From a bacterium (GTDB lineage Bacteria; Sysuimicrobiota; Sysuimicrobiia; Sysuimicrobiales; Humicultoraceae), in NCBI GenBank assembly GCA_041497675.1, contig JBGQGY010000018.1, forward strand, positions 1-40,713: 40,713 bases of DNA, given 5' to 3'. Under the pieces are notes generated by a model. That model did no database searches, was not told where the DNA came from, and was given only the letters and a program-made list of their open reading frames with translations. This document shows, in pieces, positions 17,799 to 25,038 of this stretch. A program made the position numbers and the translations under genes. Every line of letters begins with the position of its first letter. Within the stretch, counting starts at the first letter, position 1.

Positions 17799-18544
17799 CG
17801 GCGCGCCGGTTGTGTGCGCGCGGCTCCCTGCCGGCTCCGCGCGTCCAACGCGGCCTTGAGATACGCGACAATGAGGGGATGCGCCACGCCGGGGCGGGAT
17901 GTCAGCTGGGGCAAGAACAACGTCGCAACGAAGAAGGGATGGCCGCGTAACTCGACGATTCGGATCTCCCCGTCGGCGCCACGCCCGGTCGCCACCATCG
18001 ACGCTCCCAAGATCCGCTCGCGGAATGTCGGGTTGAGCCCAAAGTTGCAATGATAACTCTCCCGCGCCTCGCGGGTCCCGTACGCCACGTGCGCCAAAGA
18101 ACCCGGCGCGATCTGGATGGTCTCGGACTGTCCCACCAGCGAACATGCCAACTGCGTGATCACCAACTCGGCCGCATGAGGAGAGGTCTCTTCGTGTTCA
18201 GCGTCGCGGATCCCCAGGACGTTCCTCGCATACTCTACCAGAGCATGCTGAAAGCCCCCTCAGGTTCCGACAAACGGCCGGCCCCGCTCGCGGGCAAAGC
18301 GAATCCCATTGAGCGCACCGTTCATACTCTTGTAGGGGCTGCCCGGCGATGCCCAGATCCCGTCCGCGTCGTCCAGCCGCCGTTCCGCCGCAGGACCCTC
18401 GAGATCTTCTGTCGGGATCCACGCGATGTCGACGGTGTGATCCAGCGCGGCAGCGGCGTGTGAGAGGGCATCATTTGTCGGCACGTGCGTCGGTGACGCC
18501 GGATTGAAATCACCAATGATCGCGATACGCACGTGTTCCTGCAT
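17795..18544 (-). CDS. stand-alone CTP-synthase glutaminase-like (class I GATase fold) protein with in-frame UGA at the nucleophile; candidate selenoprotein, 249 aa, Sec95
   Basis: One frame from ATG 18544 (GGAGG RBS) to TGA 17795: IAIIGDF, DGIWASPGSPY, IRFARE..RPFVGT-[TGA 18262-18260]-GGFQHALVEYARNVLG, HPFFVATLF. SECIS-like hairpin follows the TGA. Confidence 0.82.
18228..18248 (-). promoter_or_regulatory. putative bacterial SECIS element
   Basis: mRNA GCAUGCUCU-GGU-AGAGUAUGC, a 9-bp stem (one G-U) starting 11 nt after the UGA, with a G-first apical loop 20 nt from the UGA. Confidence 0.72.
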
Positions 18545-18607
18545 CGTGCCAGCCTCCGGGGTGTACGTTGGTCCCCGATCTCTTCGCTGTTTGGCCTGTG
18601 GGTTCTT

Positions 18608-18979
18608 CTACGCGGGTGCGTAGCGCACGCCCGGGACCCCTTGGAAGTCCACATCCTGAGTCCAGAGCAGTGCGTCGTGTGTCCTCGCAGTGGCCAGCAT
18701 GATACTGTCGGCCATTGGAAGCCTCAAGTCGGCGGCCAACTTCGCGGCGTTCAAGGCGATAGATGTGGTGAGATCGACCACAACGCCCTGCTGCATGACG
18801 GCTACCGCCCTCAACGCCTGGCTCTCGTCGCGCTGCTGGAGGACTCGCTTGAAGACTTCGTACAGACCGATGGTAGGTACGATGAGGACGCCGGGCTTTT
18901 CGATCGCGGGCGCAAAAAACGCGGCGTTCTTGCCGTTCGCAAAATACTCCAACCACCCCGATGAGTCGACGACATTCAT
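18608..18979 (-). CDS. vapC: type II toxin-antitoxin PIN-domain toxin (VapC family)
   Basis: VVDSSGWLEY, PTIGLYEV, LPMADSIMLATA, LWTQDVDF acidic PIN residues; 123 aa. Confidence 0.92.
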   Translation of the reverse strand: MNVVDSSGWLEYFANGKNAAFFAPAIEKPGVLIVPTIGLYEVFKRVLQQRDESQALRAVAVMQQGVVVDLTTSIALNAAKLAADLRLPMADSIMLATARTHDALLWTQDVDFQGVPGVRYAPA

Positions 18980-19182
18980 ACCCGGTCGGGTTCCCGCTCG
19001 ACGGTTGTGTCGATACCCTTGAGAAAGCCCCGCGCGCGTTTGATCGGCGTGAGTGGGATCAGTTCAATACGACCGTCGTACGGGATGACCTGGACCTTCT
19101 GCCCCGGTCGGATCCCCAGCGCCCGCCGGACCCGAGCCGGAATCACCACCTGGTACTTGGGTGAGACAGTAGCGGTCTCCAT
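18976..19182 (-). CDS. AbrB/MazE/SpoVT-family antitoxin
   Basis: VSPKYQVVIPARVRRALGIRPG swapped-hairpin motif; ATGA overlap with the toxin. Confidence 0.92.
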   Translation of the reverse strand: METATVSPKYQVVIPARVRRALGIRPGQKVQVIPYDGRIELIPLTPIKRARGFLKGIDTTVEREPDRV

Positions 19183-19222
19183 ACGATTCTCCGATCGATC
19201 ACCATATTGTCATACCTCATTC

Positions 19223-19251
19223 ATCATAGCGAAATCTCCCGCCAGATTCAA
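19223..19251 (-). promoter_or_regulatory. sigma70-type promoter of the toxin-antitoxin operon
   Basis: Minus strand TTGAAT (19251-19246), 17-nt spacer, TATGAT (19228-19223); AATCT-N6-AGATT dyad overlapping the spacer and -35. Confidence 0.6.
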
Positions 19252-19280
19252 CAGCCCGGGATAGGCCGGGCCGTGCCGAT

Positions 19281-20261
19281 CTACTGAATCCGAAACACTT
19301 TGATGAGGTGCGGAGTGTCCACCGTGACATGTGGTGCGATCGCATGATACGCCCACAGGTGCACCCAGGCGTTGCCCGTTTTCCACGTCAGGTACGACTT
19401 CACCAATCCGGGTCCGCCAAATTGCAGGAAGACGAAGATGACGGACAACACGGCATGCCGTAGTGAATCGTACACCGTCCAGTACTCGAACACGTGCAGC
19501 CCCGCATAGGTCAGCGCTCCATAGACGATCGCCGATTGCGCCGATCCGGTCACCTTCACGTACCTGGGGAACAGCAGCGCGTAGGCGAACACCATGACCG
19601 GAATCCCTGTTCCCAACAACTCCACAACCGCCGTCAGAGGAACTCCGATGAGCAGCTGTCGCCTGCTGAGGGCGAAAATACCGGGAAAGGCAACCAGTTC
19701 TCCAAGGGACTCAACGACCAGAACCACCAAAATGAGGATGACGTCGTTCCTGACATTATCTGACGTCAGGCACATCGCCCGGTGATCGTATCCCCGCTTG
19801 CGGAAGATCGCGTACGGAATCACCGCGAAGAACATGAAATTGTAGGATGCCCAAATGAACACGTCTCTCGGGGCGATCTCCCGGGTGGGTCCAAAGATGG
19901 CCCCGTGCAGGTGCAGCCCGATGCCGTTCAGGTTGCCGAGCACCAACACCAGGGCCCCATAGACCAACAGCCAGAGCATCTCTTGCTTCGCGATCTCCTT
20001 CTCCGGGGTGCGCGCCGCGAAATCGACCGGCTCTCGCCTGCGGGTGACGTTGAACGCTACCGCAATGACAAACAAGGCGAACACGAACTGCATGAGTTGG
20101 GTCACGATGTTGGCAATTGGTGCGGCGGTGCGAATCGCCGGGCGATTGAAGGGCAGACTTGGGCTCCCCAACACGACGACAAGAATGACGGAAACAAGCA
20201 GGGCGAGGATGAACCCTTGGACCGCCCGATTTCGAAGGAACGACCAGAAACCAACGGACAT
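19281..20261 (-). CDS. polytopic membrane protein, distantly CPBP/Abi-like
   Basis: About 8 hydrophobic segments; C-terminal YAGLH and TGNAWVHLWAYH resemble CPBP His motifs, but there is no EExxxR. Start estimated at ATG 20261. Confidence 0.65.
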   Translation of the reverse strand: MSVGFWSFLRNRAVQGFILALLVSVILVVVLGSPSLPFNRPAIRTAAPIANIVTQLMQFVFALFVIAVAFNVTRRREPVDFAARTPEKEIAKQEMLWLLVYGALVLVLGNLNGIGLHLHGAIFGPTREIAPRDVFIWASYNFMFFAVIPYAIFRKRGYDHRAMCLTSDNVRNDVILILVVLVVESLGELVAFPGIFALSRRQLLIGVPLTAVVELLGTGIPVMVFAYALLFPRYVKVTGSAQSAIVYGALTYAGLHVFEYWTVYDSLRHAVLSVIFVFLQFGGPGLVKSYLTWKTGNAWVHLWAYHAIAPHVTVDTPHLIKVFRIQ

Positions 20262-20274
20262 GATAGCCGGTGGG

Positions 20275-21153
20275 CTACGGTGGCGGGGAACCGAGCGCCG
20301 CGACAAGATCCGCACTGAGCGTGCCGGCGTACACCTCTGACGCCGGGCCGGTCATGCGGATGCTCCAATCCTCTCCGACCGTAATACGCAGGTCGCCGCC
20401 GGGTGCCGAGATCGTCACCGTGCGGTCGGTCAGACCCCGGCGCACTGACGCCGCGGCCACCGCGCTCGCACTGGTACCCGACGCCATCGTCTCCCCGGCG
20501 CCCCGCTCCCAGATCAGGATCTGCAGGTGGTCGCGCGCGACCACCTGCGCAAATTGGACGTTGGTCCGTTTGGGAAATGCCGGGTGCGTTTCGAGCAGCG
20601 GCCCCAAACGGTACAAATCCACGCCACGGAGGTCTGGCACGAAGACAACACAATGGGGATTCCCCACGGAGACCGCCGTGATCTTCAACCGTGTACCGCC
20701 GGCATCGAGGTCTTCATCCACGACCTCACGGGGAGCGCCGGTCACCGGGATGTCGCGACTGTGAAACGTGGCCTTGCCGACGTCGAGCGTCATCTGGTCG
20801 ATGCGGCCGCCGGCAAGATGCAACTGGACGTGCGCGATCCCGCCGGGCGTATCGATGCTGAACGCGGGCTGCTTCGTGTACCCGTGGTCGTAAAGAAACT
20901 TGGCGAAGATGCGCAGACCGTTGCCGCTCTTCTCGGCCTCGCTGCCGTCGGGATTGAAGATGCGCAGGCCAAAGTCGGCGCGGGACGAGGGCACGAGCGC
21001 CAGGATCCCATCCGAGCCCGCCCCCAGGTGGCGGTGGCAGATGCGGCGGACCGCCTCAGGCGTCAGCGCGAAGGTCAGCGCCGATGGATCCACAACCAGG
21101 TAGTCGTTGCCGAGCGCGTGGGATTTGACGATCCAGTTCGCGCGCGCGTCCAT
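20275..21153 (-). CDS. dapF: diaminopimelate epimerase homologue, Ser/Ser active-site variant
   Basis: KSHALGNDY, RHLGAGSDG, RIFNPDGSEAEKSGNGLR, SVGNPHCV, HPAFPKRTNVQF, WERGAGETMASGTS, PGG, MTGPA. Confidence 0.88.
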   Translation of the reverse strand: MDARANWIVKSHALGNDYLVVDPSALTFALTPEAVRRICHRHLGAGSDGILALVPSSRADFGLRIFNPDGSEAEKSGNGLRIFAKFLYDHGYTKQPAFSIDTPGGIAHVQLHLAGGRIDQMTLDVGKATFHSRDIPVTGAPREVVDEDLDAGGTRLKITAVSVGNPHCVVFVPDLRGVDLYRLGPLLETHPAFPKRTNVQFAQVVARDHLQILIWERGAGETMASGTSASAVAAASVRRGLTDRTVTISAPGGDLRITVGEDWSIRMTGPASEVYAGTLSADLVAALGSPPP

Positions 21154-22127
21154 CAGGCGATCTGGGCTCCCTGCGGGGAGCGCCCCGCGCGACGCAGGGC
21201 ACACGCGATCAGACGCTCGATGACCGCGGAGAACTCGATCCCCGCCGCCGCCGCAGCTTTCGGAAACAGCGACCCCTCCGTGAGCCCCGGGATGGTGTTC
21301 ACTTCGAGCACCGCCACGTCGGTCTCGCGGACGAAGAGATCGACACGCGCAAAGTCCGTGCATCCCAACACGCGATAGGCCCGCAGCGCCGCGGTCTGCG
21401 CGCGCCAGACTCCCGCGGGCGCCAGCCGCGCGGGGCAAATCTCATCCGAAGCGCCGGGTGTGTACTTGGCTTCGTAGTCGAAGAACTCGCGCTTGGTGAC
21501 GATCTCGACCAGCGGCAGGGCGGCGGGCCCGCCGACGTCCGGGTCGTCGAGGATTGCGCACGTAAGCTCGGTACCGGTGAGATACTCCTCAATCAGGATG
21601 ACGTCGTCCAACCCAAACGCCGCGTCGATCGCCGGGCCCAGACGCTCTTCATCCCTGACGATGCTGACCCCGATGCTGCTGCCCTGCGCATTGGGTTTCA
21701 CGACACAGGGAAACCCAAGCGCCTGGCGGACCTCACCGGCGAGCGTCGACTCGCGCCCCGCAAACTCTCGCCGATCGATCGACACGTAGGCCGGTGTGGG
21801 AATCCCGTTGAAGCCGAACAACTGCCGGGAGTTGCGCTTATCCATGGCCAGCGCGCTGGCCAGGACCCCCGAACCCGTGTAGGGTACACCGGCAAATTCC
21901 AGCAGGCCCTGGATCGAGCCGTCCTCCCCAAAGGGCCCGTGCATGGCGATGAATGCCAGGTCGAGCCCGGGCGGCGGCGTCCAGGCGCCATAGAGCGGCA
22001 CGTCCAGCGGAATCGCCTCGTACCGCGAGGGGCTCATCGCCGACAACACCCGCCGGCCGCTGGCGAGTGAGATCTCGCGCTCCGCCGACCTGCCGCCCAT
22101 CAGCACGCCGACGCGAAGCCGGTTCAT
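21153..22127 (-). CDS. ddl: D-alanine--D-alanine ligase (ATP-grasp)
   Basis: GGRSAEREISLASG, HGPFGEDGSIQG, PYTGSGVLASALAMDK, VKP...GSSIG, FFDYEAKY, EVNTIPG. Confidence 0.95.
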   Translation of the reverse strand: MNRLRVGVLMGGRSAEREISLASGRRVLSAMSPSRYEAIPLDVPLYGAWTPPPGLDLAFIAMHGPFGEDGSIQGLLEFAGVPYTGSGVLASALAMDKRNSRQLFGFNGIPTPAYVSIDRREFAGRESTLAGEVRQALGFPCVVKPNAQGSSIGVSIVRDEERLGPAIDAAFGLDDVILIEEYLTGTELTCAILDDPDVGGPAALPLVEIVTKREFFDYEAKYTPGASDEICPARLAPAGVWRAQTAALRAYRVLGCTDFARVDLFVRETDVAVLEVNTIPGLTEGSLFPKAAAAAGIEFSAVIERLIACALRRAGRSPQGAQIA

Positions 22128-23083
22128 GCGGACGCCCTCATCTGCCGCACCTTCATCTGTCGCACCCTCCAGGCCGCGATGCGCTCGTGGAGCAACGCCA
22201 CGGCGCCGTCGCTCAAGACACTCGCAAACGGAATCACGCGCACCCCCGAGGGGATCGCGTCGCGTATCCGGTCGAGCACGCGGGGAGCGGCGAGGACGAC
22301 CTCGGCCTGGCCCAGCACCTGCCGCAGCGCGGCCGCGTCATCCAGCGTGGCCGTCTGCAGCCGCGGTGTGCGAAGCCCGACCGCCTCGAGCGATCGGGCT
22401 TTGCTGCGCACGCCCTCGGCGGTGGCGCACACCAGCGCCACGCGGCTCGTCCGCCGGAGCCGTGAGACCTCTTCCAGGGTCTGAAACTCGGGCAGCGCCA
22501 TCAGCCCGACGACCTCGATGCCACCGCTGCGCCGCCGCACGTCCTCGGCGTGGAAGAACGTGGTCACCAGCAGGTCCACATCAACGGAGGACGGCGGGAG
22601 AGCGTCCAGCAGGATCGTGGTCACCGGGACATCGACGGCCGCCTTCACCAGCCGCGCAAAGTACGCGAGATCGACCAGGTTGCACTCGACGAACCCGAGG
22701 CGCGGCCGCTGCAGGCCTCGCCGGCGGCCGGCACGCACGGCGATCATCGCCATGAGGTCGCCGGGGTCGATGCCGAGTCGCGAAGCTGAGGTAAGCAGCC
22801 GGTCGATCTGCCCGGCCAGCGCCTGGGATGCGCGCGGCGACGGTGGGGTCCAGACGACCAGCGTGCCCCGTCCGGGGCGACCGTCGACCACGCCTTCAGC
22901 CTCGAGCTCGGAGTAGGCCCGCGCCACGGTGTTGCGGTTCACCCGGAGGAACCCGGCCAGCGTGCGCACCGGGGGGAGCCGCGTGCCGGTCGGAAGCCGG
23001 CCGGCCAGGATCAGGTGACGAATCTGTGCCTTCAGCTGAGCGGTCAGCGAGGTGGGGCCGCGGCGGTCCAGGGCAAGACGCAT
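22124..23083 (-). CDS. GntR family regulator with an extended C-terminal effector domain
   Basis: RLPPVRTLAGFLRVNRNTVARAYSELE...GRGT wHTH plus about 240 aa of C-terminal region; ATGA overlap with ddl. Confidence 0.88.
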   Translation of the reverse strand: MRLALDRRGPTSLTAQLKAQIRHLILAGRLPTGTRLPPVRTLAGFLRVNRNTVARAYSELEAEGVVDGRPGRGTLVVWTPPSPRASQALAGQIDRLLTSASRLGIDPGDLMAMIAVRAGRRRGLQRPRLGFVECNLVDLAYFARLVKAAVDVPVTTILLDALPPSSVDVDLLVTTFFHAEDVRRRSGGIEVVGLMALPEFQTLEEVSRLRRTSRVALVCATAEGVRSKARSLEAVGLRTPRLQTATLDDAAALRQVLGQAEVVLAAPRVLDRIRDAIPSGVRVIPFASVLSDGAVALLHERIAAWRVRQMKVRQMRASA

Positions 23084-23089
23084 CGGCTA

Positions 23090-23112
23090 TTGTCCTACTC
23101 TCACTAGGACAA
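23090..23112. promoter_or_regulatory. probable GntR operator, TTGTCCTA-N7-TAGGACAA
   Basis: Perfect 8-7-8 inverted repeat 6 nt upstream of the GntR start, covering the predicted transcription start. Confidence 0.75.
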
Positions 23113-23140
23113 GTATGCCCAAGAGGCGTCCCGGCGTCAA
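23112..23140 (-). promoter_or_regulatory. sigma70-type promoter of gntR-ddl-dapF
   Basis: Minus strand TTGACG (23140-23135), 17-nt spacer, CATACT (23117-23112). Confidence 0.62.
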
Positions 23141-23982
23141 CTCACCTCGGCCAGACCGTCTTGGATAATCGCCTTTCCCGCCGGGTTGAGTACCGTGAAG
23201 CGGTAGGTCCGGCCGTCGGGCCGGGGTGGGGCAAAGATCCGCGTCGTGATCCGCTGCCCCGGCAGCACCGGGCGCGAGAAGTGCACGGCCAGCCGCCGCA
23301 GCCTGGTCGAGTCGCCCTGGCACGCGTGGGCGACCACGGCGCAGCTTGCGATGGCCATCGTACACAGGCCGTGGACGATGATACCGGGAAACCCGAGCGA
23401 CCGCGCGTAGTCGGCATCGAGATGAATACGGGAGTGATCACCGGAGGCCGCCGCGTACCGAAACGTCTGGTCTTCGGCGATCGCGGACGCGACGCTGACG
23501 ATGGGTTCGGCACCTCGGAGTTCAGCCGGCATCCGGTGGTCGGGTGGCGTTTCGCCGACCGCCGGGGCGCCGGTCACGCCCCGGAGAAACAGCGTGCAGT
23601 ACCCATCGTTCACGAAATCCCCGGCGACGTCGCGTGTCTGCAACTTCAAGTTCACCCCGGTCCCCGAGCGCGCCGGGCTCAACCCGATGACCGCCGCGCG
23701 GGCGTACAGCGTCATCCCCGGGACGATCGGCCGCAACAGGCAGATGTCCTGACTGCTGTGGACGCTCCCGGGCCGCGCCTCGCCCGGCACGAAGGCCTCG
23801 ATGAGGGCGAAGAGGGGCGGGAGCAACGGGACAGACGCAAACCCGGGCGGGGCGATCGTGCCCGCCGTATGGAGCGGGTTGTCGTCGTTGGTCGCCGCCG
23901 CGTAGGCTTTGACTCGCTCCGCCTCGACGTGGTGTTCGAACTCGTCGGACCAGCGGCCGATCCGGCTGATGTCGAAGGACAC
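23137..23982 (-). CDS. MaoC-like double hot-dog (R)-enoyl-CoA hydratase 2
   Basis: YAAATND.NPLH, YAAASGDHSRIHLD...A...GFPGIIVHGLCT hydratase-2 motif, FSRPVLPG. Start is GTG 23982 or 23997. Confidence 0.88.
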   Translation of the reverse strand: MSFDISRIGRWSDEFEHHVEAERVKAYAAATNDDNPLHTAGTIAPPGFASVPLLPPLFALIEAFVPGEARPGSVHSSQDICLLRPIVPGMTLYARAAVIGLSPARSGTGVNLKLQTRDVAGDFVNDGYCTLFLRGVTGAPAVGETPPDHRMPAELRGAEPIVSVASAIAEDQTFRYAAASGDHSRIHLDADYARSLGFPGIIVHGLCTMAIASCAVVAHACQGDSTRLRRLAVHFSRPVLPGQRITTRIFAPPRPDGRTYRFTVLNPAGKAIIQDGLAEVS

Positions 23983-23986
23983 GGGG

Positions 23987-24898
23987 CTACCTGTCACCGA
24001 GCAGATCGTCCAGTTCCATCGGCCTGACGAGTCGGCCCGGCAGTTCGCGGTCAAGGGCCTCCAGGGTCCACCGGCCGCGGGTCTCCAACCGCGACACGAT
24101 GGACGAGATGGCGAACACGAAGAGCCGATTGCCGCCGATGTGAAACACCTGTGACGTCGCCGGGCAGTCGGCCTGCGCCAACCAGGCGATCAGGGGCGAG
24201 ACGTTGGCCGGGTCGAGGGGATCAAACACATCCGGCGGCGGGGGTCGCAGACCCGCTTTGGCGCCCGGGACAGCCAGAGCGAGCCGTGTGCGGGCCGAGG
24301 GGGAGACGGCGTTCGAGCGCACACCGTAGCGGCCGTACTCCATCGCCACGACGCGAGACAGCGCGACGACCGCGAGCTTCGCGGAGGAATAGTTCGTCTG
24401 GCCAAAGTTGCCCACCAAACCAGCGAGCGAACTCGTGTGGATCACCGACGCCTTCACCTGGTGGCCGGCCTTTGCGCGGTCGCGCCAATAGGCGACGGCG
24501 TGGCGCGTGGGCATAGCGTGCCCTTTGAGGTGGACGCGGATGACCGCGTCCCACTCCTCTTCGCTCATGTTGGCCAGCGTTCGATCGCGCAGGATGCCGG
24601 CATTGTTGACCAGGACGTGCAGGTCGCCGAAGGTCTTGACGGCCAGATCGACCATCGCGGCTGCCTGGTGCCAGTCCGCGACGTCATGCCCGCTGACGAC
24701 CGCCTGACCCCCGGCAACGCGGATCTCACCCACCACCTGCTGCGCGGGCGTGGGATCCTGACCGACGCCGTGGACGTCGCCGCCCAGATCGTTGACCACG
24801 ACGCTCGCGCCTTCGGCGGCCAACAGCACTGCGTGCGCCCGTCCCAACCCGCGCCCGGCGCCCGTCACGATCGCCACCCGGCCGTCAAGCCTGCCCAT
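23987..24898 (-). CDS. SDR oxidoreductase, (R)-3-hydroxyacyl-CoA dehydrogenase/MFE-2-like
   Basis: TGAGRGLG, VVVNDLGG, NNAGILRDR, VHLKGH, GNFGQTNYSSAK (YxxxK). Confidence 0.92.
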   Translation of the reverse strand: MGRLDGRVAIVTGAGRGLGRAHAVLLAAEGASVVVNDLGGDVHGVGQDPTPAQQVVGEIRVAGGQAVVSGHDVADWHQAAAMVDLAVKTFGDLHVLVNNAGILRDRTLANMSEEEWDAVIRVHLKGHAMPTRHAVAYWRDRAKAGHQVKASVIHTSSLAGLVGNFGQTNYSSAKLAVVALSRVVAMEYGRYGVRSNAVSPSARTRLALAVPGAKAGLRPPPPDVFDPLDPANVSPLIAWLAQADCPATSQVFHIGGNRLFVFAISSIVSRLETRGRWTLEALDRELPGRLVRPMELDDLLGDR

Positions 24899-25038
24899 CA
24901 GTCGCAATCTGCATGTGCACCGTCGTACCTGGAGCGTTCGATGGCCTGCTCGGGTCTCCTCCGCAGGGACTCGCCCACCTACAGCGAACGTCGCACTGAG
25001 CGGTTCCTGTACACTTCATCGCTCGGCGGGGTGGGAAG

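Noticed and set aside
18260..18262. Reading the TGA as a nonsense mutation (pseudogene) or as two separate genes
   Set aside because: The stop falls exactly on the catalytic Cys column, both halves are intact and in frame, and a SECIS-like hairpin follows at canonical spacing. A TGC/TGT-to-TGA mutation cannot be fully excluded without homologues.
16033..21438. Long N-terminal extensions in the ORF track (ApgM from 17694, GNAT from 18146, DapF from 21438; also the methyltransferase from 13736 and hydantoinase B from 39647)
   Set aside because: They overlap upstream genes in other frames; internal starts at or just after the upstream stop codon coincide with where family homology begins.
21153..22127. 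Ddl as a vancomycin-resistance (VanA/VanB) ligase
   Set aside because: It keeps the D-Ala-D-Ala-type DYEAKY loop and there are no vanH, vanX or vanRS neighbours.
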